This document shows positions 15,441-23,363 of a DNA stretch of 32,000 nucleotides, one piece after another (position 1 is the stretch's first letter; each line of letters starts with the position of its first letter). The translations under genes were made by a program, and so were the position numbers. The DNA lies in the NCBI GenBank assembly GCA_963704435.1, contig OY969902.1:120001-152000 (forward strand). Reading direction: 5' to 3'. The notes under the pieces were generated by a model. That model did not search any database. It was given only the letters and a program-made list of their open reading frames with translations, and was not told where the DNA came from. This stretch comes from an uncultured archaeon. GTDB lineage: Archaea > Micrarchaeota > Micrarchaeia > Micrarchaeales > CABMGC01.

Positions 15441-15608
15441 CTAGGCATCCGGATCGTACCTCCTCATTGCATCCTGAAGCTGCCTGCAGGGGTTGTTGAT
15501 CTGGTGCGCAAGCCGTTCCGCGCTGTTCGGAAATTTCGCGCCGCAGTATTCGCAGGCGCATTCCTTTTGCGAGGTTACTGAGAATGCCGCAGAAGAAAGT
15601 ACGGTCAT
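15441..15608 (-). CDS. small C2H2/C2HC-type zinc-finger protein (55 aa), absent from the ORF track because it is under 60 codons
   Basis: My translation of the minus strand is MTVLSSAAFSVTSQKECACEYCGAKFPNSAERLAHQINNPCRQLQDAMRRYDPDA*. CEYC-x12-H-x5-C fits C-x2-C-x12-H-x(3-5)-[HC], with the conserved Phe three residues after the second Cys. A TATATAAA box (15639-15646) is centred about 34 nt upstream of the ATG. Confidence 0.55.
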   Translation of the reverse strand: MTVLSSAAFSVTSQKECACEYCGAKFPNSAERLAHQINNPCRQLQDAMRRYDPDA

Positions 15609-15638
15609 GCTTTCACAGATGGACCATGCCTTTCATCG

Positions 15639-15646
15639 TATATAAA
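15639..15646 (-). promoter_or_regulatory. TATA box for the small zinc-finger gene
   Basis: TATATAAA (palindrome-like) is centred about 34 nt upstream of the ATG at 15608. Confidence 0.5.
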
Positions 15647-15697
15647 CCTTCTTCAGTTTTTAGGCTTTTGCAGGAATGACGAGGAAAGGCAGGCGGC

Positions 15698-15715
15698 GGG
15701 GCCGATGCCGGCCCC
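15698..15715 (-). terminator. GC-rich hairpin downstream of the PP-loop gene
   Basis: GGGGCCG ATGC CGGCCCC is a 7-bp stem, 20 nt beyond the stop at 15735. No strong T-run follows, so function is uncertain. Confidence 0.3.
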
Positions 15716-15734
15716 CCGCATCATGATTAGATCA

Positions 15735-16526
15735 TCAGTTGTAGCCCAGCGCCCTGAGCTTCTTCATGACCCTTTCCCTCGCCACTCCGCGTCCCGCCCT
15801 CTCGTGCATGCCAGGGTTCTTGTTCGGCGTGGTATCCAGCGTCGATCCCAACGAAGTGTATCCCCTGTCATACAACGGGTGATACTCCAGCTTGTTCTTC
15901 TTAAGGTACGTTTTCACTTCCTCCCTGGTCCAGAACAACAGCGGATGGACCCTTATATGGTCTGGGTTGCGCCTCGGGGAGAATATGCTCTCCTTGGCCC
16001 TCTCCTCGTGCTCCACCGCCCTTATCCCACCGAGGAACGCGTCCATGTTCAGCGTCTTTATGCCCCTCATCAGCGGGTCTATCTTGTGGTGCTTGTTGAA
16101 GGCGACGGTAAACTCAGGAGTGCTGAACCCGTACTTCTTTGTGAACTCCGCGACCCGGTCCGTGCCCGCGCGGACGGTCGTCAGGCTCTCGAAGTTCCAC
16201 TCCTTCCTCAGCTTCTCTACGAAAACGAAGGTCTCGGGGAACTCATACCTCGTGTCCACGAAGAGTATCGGCATGTCATGCTTTATCTTCATGGTGATGT
16301 GCAGCATGACTTCGCTGTCGGCGCCTCCGCTGAAGCCTATGCCCACGCGCTTGTACCTCTTGAGCGCCTGCCTGATTATCTCCTCGGTCTTCCTCACCTT
16401 CTGGTCCAGTGAGAGGTTCATGAGCTTCCTGACTTCTGGCCTCATCAGCGCTATGCACCTTTCCGTCCTGTCTGAGCCGAATTCCTCGGCCGAGGGTTTC
16501 GCAGCGTTCTTCGCTCTCTTGTCCAT
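15735..16526 (-). CDS. PAPS-reductase/CysD-like PP-loop ATP pyrophosphatase family protein
   Basis: It has a PP-loop (GIGFSGGADSEV), then FVDTRYEFPET, then PLYDRGYTSLGSTLDTTP, and a CysD-like tail (HERAGRGVARERVMKKLRALGY). I prefer the ATG at 16526, because the longer track ORF (to 16622) would cover the divergent promoter. Confidence 0.75.
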   Translation of the reverse strand: MDKRAKNAAKPSAEEFGSDRTERCIALMRPEVRKLMNLSLDQKVRKTEEIIRQALKRYKRVGIGFSGGADSEVMLHITMKIKHDMPILFVDTRYEFPETFVFVEKLRKEWNFESLTTVRAGTDRVAEFTKKYGFSTPEFTVAFNKHHKIDPLMRGIKTLNMDAFLGGIRAVEHEERAKESIFSPRRNPDHIRVHPLLFWTREEVKTYLKKNKLEYHPLYDRGYTSLGSTLDTTPNKNPGMHERAGRGVARERVMKKLRALGYN

Positions 16527-16653
16527 GCCATCACGTATTCTAATGTAATGACATGTTATGACATGCAGATATATAAGGCTTGTGCAGGGACGGCTTTGCT
16601 GGCATAGCCGATTCGAAGCCAACTCTTATATTCCACGAAAGGCATATCGGAAT
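16527..16653. promoter_or_regulatory. divergent promoter region between the PP-loop gene and the methyltransferase gene
   Basis: CTTATATT (16625-16632) is centred 25 nt upstream of the plus-strand ATG at 16654. ATATATAA (16569-16576) and an AT-rich stretch (16534-16550) are candidates for the minus-strand gene. Confidence 0.45.
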
Positions 16654-17883
16654 ATGGCGAAGCAAGTGGCAGGAGGAAAGACATACCTGGTCTTCATAGA
16701 CCACAGGTTCGACAGAATTGTCGGGGAAAATCTAAGGTCCGCCTTTCCGGAATGCGCGCTCGAGCCGTACGCGATCAACAACAGCGGCAGCAGGGATACC
16801 GTCTTGTTCAAGCTGGAAGCAGAGGGAGACGGGGAGGGCATGGCGAAGAGGATCAGGGGAGCCGCCCTGCCGTTCATCGATTTCGTGATGTCCGTGGATG
16901 CGGTCATAGAGATGGGCGCGGCGCTCGATTACAGGAAGCTGGAGGATGCGCTCTCTAGGGTCCTAGACGGCTGCAAACGCCCGTCGTTCAGGATAGAGGT
17001 GAGGAAGGTGGGCTACGTGGCCTACGAGGCAGCTAAATCGATCGAGGTCAGGCTGGGCAGGGACCTAGAGGAAAGAGGATACGCTGCGAACCTCAGGACT
17101 CCTGAAGTACTGCTATATGCCGTGCTGCTAGACTCATCGGCGGCGATAGGGCACAGCGACGCTGGGGTGCATGAGGATCGTATACTGGACCCGTTCAGGC
17201 AGACTGACGGGAAAGGCGGAGGTAGGCTCAATAGGGCGGAATTCAAGATAGAGGAGGCGGTGGAATTCTTCGGGATAGACCTAAGCACCCGCAAGAGAGG
17301 GCTGGACATAGGCGCGGCGCCAGGAGGCTGGGCCCGCTACCTGTCCCGTAACGGGATCAGGGTCGTCGCGGTGGACAACGGGCTCCTGGACTACGGAAGA
17401 CTGAGCGAGGGCAAGAGGATCCTAGTCCTGGCAGACGATGCGGATGCGTTGCGGATCCGAAAGAGTATATCAGACGCGGGCTTGAGCGGGAGCGTTTCGG
17501 TAGGGAATATCGAGGACCGGGTCGCGGAAGCGGATGGCTATGACATAATCCACATCAAGGCGAACATCGGACAGGAAAGGGTAACTGAATTGCTAAGGGA
17601 ACTGGGCGGGTTCGACCTCCTGACCATAGACACGAACAGGTCGCCTTCTGAAAGCGCCTCTGTCGCCAATTCCATGGCGGGGCTGCTGAATCCGGGGGCT
17701 GCGCTGGTCATGACGGTAAAGCTGAAGACGAGGAAATTTGGCGAGCATGTCTCCACGGCCGAGACCGAGCTCTCCAGGAATTATGTGTCACTGCGCCTGA
17801 AGAAGCTGCCGCACAATAGGAGGGAGCTCACGGCTTACGGGATAGTCGAGAATCAGTCTGGTAAGAAGGCGTCATCTCTATAG
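16654..17883 (+). CDS. RlmM-like ribose 2'-O-methyltransferase with an N-terminal THUMP-like domain (FtsJ/RrmJ superfamily)
   Basis: RLNRAEFKIEEAVEFF...GLDIGAAPGGWARYLSRNGIRVVAVDNG parallels the RlmM SAM-binding region (KLEEA...DLGAxPGGWT...VDNG). The C-terminal VMTVKLKTRKF resembles the RlmM NLKLPMKKR block. The N-terminal 150 aa include a THUMP-like segment (SFRIEVRKVGYVAYEAAKSIEVRLG). Confidence 0.65.
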   Translation: MAKQVAGGKTYLVFIDHRFDRIVGENLRSAFPECALEPYAINNSGSRDTVLFKLEAEGDGEGMAKRIRGAALPFIDFVMSVDAVIEMGAALDYRKLEDALSRVLDGCKRPSFRIEVRKVGYVAYEAAKSIEVRLGRDLEERGYAANLRTPEVLLYAVLLDSSAAIGHSDAGVHEDRILDPFRQTDGKGGGRLNRAEFKIEEAVEFFGIDLSTRKRGLDIGAAPGGWARYLSRNGIRVVAVDNGLLDYGRLSEGKRILVLADDADALRIRKSISDAGLSGSVSVGNIEDRVAEADGYDIIHIKANIGQERVTELLRELGGFDLLTIDTNRSPSESASVANSMAGLLNPGAALVMTVKLKTRKFGEHVSTAETELSRNYVSLRLKKLPHNRRELTAYGIVENQSGKKASSL

Positions 17884-18504
17884 GCTGCGCAGAAAATCTT
17901 CTTGATTCACTAGCGGGGTGCCCTCTTTCATGTTGTTAGAGACCCAGAAAATTGCACCGTCATCCAGTTGGAGGTCGCCTTCCTTAGCGCCATAAATGCT
18001 GCCGTGACGCATCACCTGAGGCAGCTTATCGGGCTGCGCTACTGGCACCGTAAAAATTTTGCCGTCCTTCCCCCTCTGTATTACGCTTACAGATTCAGAA
18101 TCTCCTTTCTTGCTGTAGTGCAGCATTCCGCGGTATACGGCGGATACCCCGTCTATATTGCCCCTCTCCACAGAGAATATGAACATCGAGATCCCCAAGA
18201 CGCGGTCTCCATTCTCGTGTTCGGTCAGCTTAGCGTTGTAGTGGACTGTCCTGTTTTGTAGGAACAGTTCCTCTGACCTGTCGCGGTCGAGCGCCGGATG
18301 GGACCCGAGAAGCGAACGCAGGTTGAACACATAGCTGTTTGCCAGCCTTTCTTTCGCGGCCCTGCTGGCATAGGTCAACTTTAATGCGGCATTCTTACCC
18401 GTCTCAGTCAGCTTTGCAGGACTTAGAGCGTCCGCAAGCCGCTGCGTCAGATGCGGTTGCGTTTGCGCATCCGCGGTCTTCTGAATCACTACGTCGTCAC
18501 TCAT
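17878..18504 (-). CDS. hypothetical protein (208 aa)
   Basis: The ATG has a TATA-like box 26 nt upstream. It is convergent with the methyltransferase gene and overlaps it by 6 nt. No family recognised. Confidence 0.55.
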   Translation of the reverse strand: MSDDVVIQKTADAQTQPHLTQRLADALSPAKLTETGKNAALKLTYASRAAKERLANSYVFNLRSLLGSHPALDRDRSEELFLQNRTVHYNAKLTEHENGDRVLGISMFIFSVERGNIDGVSAVYRGMLHYSKKGDSESVSVIQRGKDGKIFTVPVAQPDKLPQVMRHGSIYGAKEGDLQLDDGAIFWVSNNMKEGTPLVNQEDFLRSL

Positions 18505-18525
18505 GTTTTCCTTTTGCCGTCAGAC

Positions 18526-18534
18526 ATATTTAAA
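18526..18534 (-). promoter_or_regulatory. TATA-like box for 17878..18504
   Basis: ATATTTAAA is centred about 26 nt upstream of the ATG at 18504. Confidence 0.5.
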
Positions 18535-18565
18535 CATTGTTGAAGAATTCGGATAGGGGCCGCAA

Positions 18566-20047
18566 TTACATGTAGCTCATAGGGTCCTTGCCTTTCCACA
18601 GGCCCAGCCTGGTGTGGAGCCACGGAGAGGTATTAAGTCCGCCCTTCTCCGCTTCCTTGTCGATCGTATCAAGAATTTTCTTAGAAACGCTGCCTGGCTT
18701 TCCGTACAGCTGCCTCTTATGCGTCGCGGCGGATCCGCCCTCCCTGTACGCGCTCTTCATTACTTCCTCCATCCATGCGCTGCTCGCCGGTGGTACCAGG
18801 ACGTTTGACTTCGCGGTGAACACCGTCTCGGGGCGCTCGGTGCTGAATCTCGCGGTGAAAGAGAGCACTTTCGGGAAGTAAAGCAGCTCCTCCTGGAGCG
18901 ACCCGGAATCAGTAAGCGCGGCCCGGCACTTGCCGCTATCGAGGAATTCCAAGACGTTCCCCCACTCCTGCCAGAGAGGGGTCATTACGAAGCGGTCCGG
19001 ATGCCTTTCCGCAAGCAGCCTCAGCCTCGAGCGCAGGCCGTACTGGTCTACCGCCGCATTGGTGGCGTTCATCATTACCATCGTTACCTTCTGGCCTCCA
19101 TCAACGAGGCGCTCTACAGCGCCGATTATCGAAGTGAAGCGCCTTTCAGTAAGGTTCTCCCTGCGGTGTATGTCTACGCGCAACCAATCCCCTGACTCGA
19201 GAGCGGGATAAATCTCGAATATGCTTCTAGAAGGCCTCTCCTTCCTGCGAATCTGGAGCGCGTCTGTCACCGAATTGCCAACCACTGCTATCGATTCGTC
19301 AGGATAGCCCTCCCTGAGCAGGTGCCTCCGGTTCAGTTCGACCGGAGCGAAGAAGTAACCCGTTGCAGCCGAGCATATCCAAGTATCTATCTGTTCGGGA
19401 AACGGCTCCTCCCTTGCGATGAACCATTTCCCCTCGAACTGGTCTTGCACGAAGCGCTCTGCAGTGGCCCTTGAGGGAGCCTTGTCGGCGCTTATCCTGC
19501 GCATCGCTTCGGGGCACATCGCCCTCAGCCCGGCCTCGTTCTGCGCTACCTTCTGGCCGATTCCGAAAGTCCACGCCAGCGAAGCGATCCCGGCGACGAG
19601 CGTATCTCCGTGCACTATCGGAAGGATTTCGACAGATTCGCCGTAGGTCTTCTTGAAGTACCTGCCGAATCCGCCGAACTTCAGGAATATCTCGCTCGCC
19701 TTCTCGACGAGGTTTCCCCTTATGTTGAGGCTGCACGCTATGAACGGTTCCATGCTGAATTCCTTTATCCCGAATCCGAGCAGGTCATCGAAATGCTGGC
19801 CGGTGTTTATCACGACCAGGGGATAGCGCCTTGAAGCGGCCTCGAGCACGAGGGGCGCCTGCTTGTAGAAATCGGGCTTCGTGCCTATCACGACCGCGAT
19901 TATCGGCTTCCCCTGCTCCTTCGAATCGCGCACCGCCTTGTCAAGCGCATCGACGCGCACATCGACGGGAAGCATCGCATTTGAGAAACTGAGCTTGACG
20001 GATTTCCCTTCATGGGAGTTGGTTTCGCGCGCCTTGCTGCCAGCCAT
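18566..20047 (-). CDS. UDP-N-acetylglucosamine 2-epimerase family protein (long form)
   Basis: IIAVVIGTKPDFYKQAPL...TGQHFD...VHGDTLVAGIASLA...NEAGLRA matches the WecB-type signature. The track start is GTG 20068. The ATG at 20047 lies 26 nt downstream of a TATA box centre (20069-20078), which favours a leaderless start there. Confidence 0.75.
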   Translation of the reverse strand: MAGSKARETNSHEGKSVKLSFSNAMLPVDVRVDALDKAVRDSKEQGKPIIAVVIGTKPDFYKQAPLVLEAASRRYPLVVINTGQHFDDLLGFGIKEFSMEPFIACSLNIRGNLVEKASEIFLKFGGFGRYFKKTYGESVEILPIVHGDTLVAGIASLAWTFGIGQKVAQNEAGLRAMCPEAMRRISADKAPSRATAERFVQDQFEGKWFIAREEPFPEQIDTWICSAATGYFFAPVELNRRHLLREGYPDESIAVVGNSVTDALQIRRKERPSRSIFEIYPALESGDWLRVDIHRRENLTERRFTSIIGAVERLVDGGQKVTMVMMNATNAAVDQYGLRSRLRLLAERHPDRFVMTPLWQEWGNVLEFLDSGKCRAALTDSGSLQEELLYFPKVLSFTARFSTERPETVFTAKSNVLVPPASSAWMEEVMKSAYREGGSAATHKRQLYGKPGSVSKKILDTIDKEAEKGGLNTSPWLHTRLGLWKGKDPMSYM

Positions 20048-20068
20048 CAGTGGGATTTGCACATCCAC

Positions 20069-20078
20069 ATATAAATAT
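20069..20078 (-). promoter_or_regulatory. TATA box for the epimerase gene
   Basis: ATATAAATAT is centred about 26 nt upstream of the ATG at 20047. Confidence 0.5.
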
Positions 20079-20186
20079 TGATTCTCTGCGTCAAACTGCG
20101 GAACCAGAACCGCGATTGTATTTCAGTATAGACTATTTTCGCTGAGTGCTATAAATTCTGCCGTGCGATATAAGGAGGGGCATTTT

Positions 20187-21218
20187 ATGGTGGTCATCGG
20201 GCTTACCGGAGAGAACTGCTCCGGCAAGGGGACCTTCGCGGAATACCTCGTTACGACGGGGTTCCGCTACGCGTCCCTCTCGGACGTGCTGCGCGAGGAA
20301 CTCTCCGCGGAGGGTAGGGAGGTAACGCGCGAGGCGCTGATAGAGAAGGGCAACGAGCTCAGGAGGGAGGCGGGACCTGGCGTGCTGGCCAAGAGGACGA
20401 TGCTCAAGATGAAGGGCGCGACGAACTGCGTCATAGACTCGGTAAGGAACCCCAGCGAGGTCGAGGAGCTCAGGAAGGAGAAGGGCTTCACGCTCGTATA
20501 CGTGACCGCTAAGCCGGTGACCAGGTTCGAGCGGATGAGGAAGAGGGACAGGGAGGGGGACCCGAAGACCCTGGAAGCGTTCATGGAGATGGACAAGAGG
20601 GAGATGTCCTCCTCTGACCCGACGCACCAGCAGCTGCTCGCGACCTTCGAGATGGCCGACAAGCGGATGGAGAACGACTCCGACCTGCAGCACTACCACG
20701 ATGGGATAGACGCGCTCGTCGGAGCGCTGGAGGGGGAGCGGTCCCTCAGGCCGTCGTGGGACGAGTACTTCCTTGAGATAGCGAAGATGGTCGGCGCCAG
20801 GGGCACGTGCGACAGGGGAAGGAACGGCGCGGTACTGACGAGGGACAGGAGGATAATCTCGACCGGATATGTCGGTTCTCCGAGAGGGCTGCCGCACTGC
20901 GACGAGGCCGGACACCTGATGAGCGACGTGCTGAACCCCGACGGGACCGTATCGAAGCACTGCGTGCGCACCACTCACGCTGAGCAGAACGCGATAGTGC
21001 AGGCTGCGCTGCACGGCGTATCGACCGAGGGATCCACGCTTTACGTCAGGTTCGAGCCGTGCTTCACGTGCGCGAAGATGCTGATCAACGCGGGGGTGAG
21101 GCGGGTCGTCTGCCAGAGGAAGTACCACGCGGGCGAGATGAGCAGGGAGTTCTTCAGGGATGCGGGGGTCGAGCTGGTCTACGTCGAGGACAAGGTCGAG
21201 GAGTATCCCGACCAGTAG
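20187..21218 (+). CDS. fusion protein: N-terminal P-loop nucleotide-kinase-like domain plus C-terminal dCMP/cytidine deaminase (zinc-dependent) domain
   Basis: Walker A (VIGLTGENCSGKGT) is at the N-terminus. The deaminase block is RPSWDEYFLEIAKMV...THAEQNAI...EPCFTCAKMLINAGVRRVV (HAE and PCxxC zinc ligands). The ATG at 20187 is preceded by GGAGG (20174-20178) with an 8-nt spacer. The antisense 331-codon ORF is an R/P/L-rich shadow. Confidence 0.85.
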   Translation: MVVIGLTGENCSGKGTFAEYLVTTGFRYASLSDVLREELSAEGREVTREALIEKGNELRREAGPGVLAKRTMLKMKGATNCVIDSVRNPSEVEELRKEKGFTLVYVTAKPVTRFERMRKRDREGDPKTLEAFMEMDKREMSSSDPTHQQLLATFEMADKRMENDSDLQHYHDGIDALVGALEGERSLRPSWDEYFLEIAKMVGARGTCDRGRNGAVLTRDRRIISTGYVGSPRGLPHCDEAGHLMSDVLNPDGTVSKHCVRTTHAEQNAIVQAALHGVSTEGSTLYVRFEPCFTCAKMLINAGVRRVVCQRKYHAGEMSREFFRDAGVELVYVEDKVEEYPDQ

Positions 21219-21238
21219 GCCGAGAACGGGGTGGTTCG

Positions 21239-21745
21239 ATGCCGAAAGGAAATAACGTGGAAGTGTTCATAGAAATCCCGAAGGGCGATGACAGAAGGAG
21301 GCATCTCAGCCACGACAAGAAAGAAATGCTGGACCTGGGGCCTACGAAGAACGTGATACCTGTAAGTGACGGGGTAATGCCCATCGCATATGGTTTCATA
21401 ATAGGAACTCTTCAAAGGGACGAGGCGTCCAAGAACCCGAACGAAATACCTGATGAGGTCGACGTTCTCGTTTATTCGAGAAACAGCTTCAGTGTTGGTG
21501 AAACGCTAACTGCCGTCCCCATAGCTTTCATTACCCGTGGGGACGGGGACCACAAGGTCGTGGCCGTGGATTCCACCACGAGCGGGCAGATAAAGGAATG
21601 GGAAGACATACCCAAGAAGGAGAGGGATTTGATAACCAAGTTCTTCGGCTACAAGTATCCTATAGAATCCATAGAAGGCGCTAAGGAAGCGATTGATTAC
21701 ATAAACAAGAATCGCGTAAATAAGCGGGAGAAGAACCGCTCCTGA
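21239..21745 (+). CDS. family I inorganic pyrophosphatase-fold protein, divergent
   Basis: VFIEIPKG, PIAYGFIIGTL, DEVDVLV, GDGDHKVVAV and FFGYKY appear in PPase order. Several positions invariant in canonical PPases look substituted (see finding). The ATG at 21239 is 20 nt after the upstream stop and is preceded by GGGGTGG. Confidence 0.6.
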   Translation: MPKGNNVEVFIEIPKGDDRRRHLSHDKKEMLDLGPTKNVIPVSDGVMPIAYGFIIGTLQRDEASKNPNEIPDEVDVLVYSRNSFSVGETLTAVPIAFITRGDGDHKVVAVDSTTSGQIKEWEDIPKKERDLITKFFGYKYPIESIEGAKEAIDYINKNRVNKREKNRS

Positions 21746-21763
21746 AACCGCAGTTGACTAACC

Positions 21764-21770
21764 TTTTTAT
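21764..21770 (+). promoter_or_regulatory. TATA-like box for the ABC permease gene
   Basis: TTTTTAT is centred about 26 nt upstream of the ATG at 21793. Confidence 0.35.
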
Positions 21771-21792
21771 CCTTGAGCATTTCAGATGAAGC

Positions 21793-23355
21793 ATGAATTT
21801 CGCGCTCCAGCTCGTCGTTGACCTGCTCTACTCCTGGGGAAGGATGCTTGTAGCGCTCGGGCTCTCCATAGTCTTCAGCGTGTTCGTCGGAATAGCTGCC
21901 GCGACGAGCAAGCGCGCCGAGGCGGTGGTGCTGCCCGCGATCGACGTGCTGCAGACCGTTCCGATACTCGCCTTCTTCCCAGTCGTGATATACCTGATTG
22001 CGCCACTCGGCTACATAGGGCTCAACGCCGCGGTGGTCCTGCTCATCTTCACCAGCATGGCCTGGAATATAACCTTCGGGGTGTACGAGGCGGTTAAGTC
22101 GATACCCGCGGACATGCTGGAGATAGCGAGGATAAGCCACCTGTCTAAGTTCCAGATGATAAGGAGCATCTATGCGCCCGCCGCGATGCCCAGGATAGCC
22201 TACCAGTCCTCGCTGTCGTGGTCGATAGGGCTCTTCTACCTGGTGACGAGCGAGATCTTCTCTGCCGGCAGCAAGAACTTCGCCGTGACCTACGGCATCG
22301 GCGTCGAGATCGCGCGGCTGGTCGTGACGCACAACCCGACGATGTACGCGGTAGCGCTGCTCTTCCTCGCGGCCGCGGTGGTCCTAACGTGGGTGCTCCT
22401 GTTCAGGCCGCTCGCGGCATATGCGGAGAGGTTCTCGTTCAGGGAGGAGCAGAGGCCTGCCAAGTACTCCAGGCTCATAGCTGCCTATTCAGGCATCGGG
22501 AGGTTCGTGGAGAAGATCATACCCGAGCCCAGGCCAAGGGAGACCGCGAGGGTTGTCGAACGGGTGCAGAGGCCCCGGCCCGCGCACGTCGCAGAGAGGA
22601 GGCCGGTATCGGGCGCAGTCAGCGCCGCGATAGTGCTGGGCCTCGTGGCCCTGTCCGCCGCGGCGGTGGTCGCCTGGAACGAGTACTCCTTCGTCCCGAC
22701 GCTGCTCGAGGCGATGGCCTTCTCGTTCGCCAGGGTGTGGGGCATCTACCTCGTTTGCGTCGCGATAGCCGTGCCGCTCGGTATAATGATAGCGAAGTCG
22801 TCGAGGGCCTACAGCCCGATGCTCGGCGGCCTGCAGGTGATCGCTTCGATACCCGCTACCGTGCTGCTCCCCGCGATAGTCGCCCTGCTGTTCCTGCTGC
22901 CGTTCGGGAACGAGCTGACCGCGCTGGCGATAATCTTCCTTGCGATGATATGGTACCTTCTGTTCAGCGTAATAGCCGGGATGAGGACCATACCCGAGCA
23001 GTTCGGCGAGCTCCTCAGGATATTCGGCACAGACTGGGTCAGCGCGTGGCGCGAGGTCTACATACCCGCGATACTGCCGTCGCTTGTGACGGGGTCCATA
23101 ACCGCGATAGGCGGGGCGTGGAACGCGCTGATAGTCGCGGAGTACTTCAGCATCCAGTCGGGCGGGAGCACGGTGGTGCTGACGCAGGTGGGCAGCGGGC
23201 TGGGAAAGCTTCTGGACACCGCGACGTTCAACGGCAACTTCGTCCAGATGTTCCTCGCGCTCGCGGCGATGGTGGCGATGGTCATGGTCATAAACAAGCT
23301 CGTGTGGCAGAGGCTATATAGGGATGTTACGCGGAAGTACAAGATCGAGGTCTAG
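21793..23355 (+). CDS. ABC transporter permease, two fused BPD-type transmembrane domains (NitT/TauT-like)
   Basis: 520 aa with two hydrophobic halves, each carrying an EAA-loop-like segment ([28 protein letters not shown] and [28 protein letters not shown]). The halves are joined by a charged linker of about 60 aa. Confidence 0.8.
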   Translation: MNFALQLVVDLLYSWGRMLVALGLSIVFSVFVGIAAATSKRAEAVVLPAIDVLQTVPILAFFPVVIYLIAPLGYIGLNAAVVLLIFTSMAWNITFGVYEAVKSIPADMLEIARISHLSKFQMIRSIYAPAAMPRIAYQSSLSWSIGLFYLVTSEIFSAGSKNFAVTYGIGVEIARLVVTHNPTMYAVALLFLAAAVVLTWVLLFRPLAAYAERFSFREEQRPAKYSRLIAAYSGIGRFVEKIIPEPRPRETARVVERVQRPRPAHVAERRPVSGAVSAAIVLGLVALSAAAVVAWNEYSFVPTLLEAMAFSFARVWGIYLVCVAIAVPLGIMIAKSSRAYSPMLGGLQVIASIPATVLLPAIVALLFLLPFGNELTALAIIFLAMIWYLLFSVIAGMRTIPEQFGELLRIFGTDWVSAWREVYIPAILPSLVTGSITAIGGAWNALIVAEYFSIQSGGSTVVLTQVGSGLGKLLDTATFNGNFVQMFLALAAMVAMVMVINKLVWQRLYRDVTRKYKIEV

Positions 23356-23363
23356 GTGGTGTT

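Noticed and set aside
20133-21128. 331-codon minus-strand ORF antisense to the kinase-deaminase gene. Similar long antisense or off-frame ORFs: 22218..23321 (+), 23352..24314 (-), 15705..16412 (+), 15892..16548 (+), 5071..5643 (+), 5396..5995 (-), 28534..29241 (-), 30199..30774 (+), 25665..26327 (+).
   Set aside because: Their translations are Arg/Pro/Leu/Gly-rich and low in complexity. They have no recognisable motifs and overlap ORFs with clear family signatures. They are typical shadow ORFs of GC-rich coding DNA.
21231-21241. GGTTCGAT resembles a tRNA T-loop. More generally, I searched non-coding stretches for tRNA, rRNA and CRISPR signatures.
   Set aside because: This string lies at the junction of two CDSs with no cloverleaf-compatible flanks. 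No regularly spaced direct repeats or rRNA-like segments were seen anywhere in the window.
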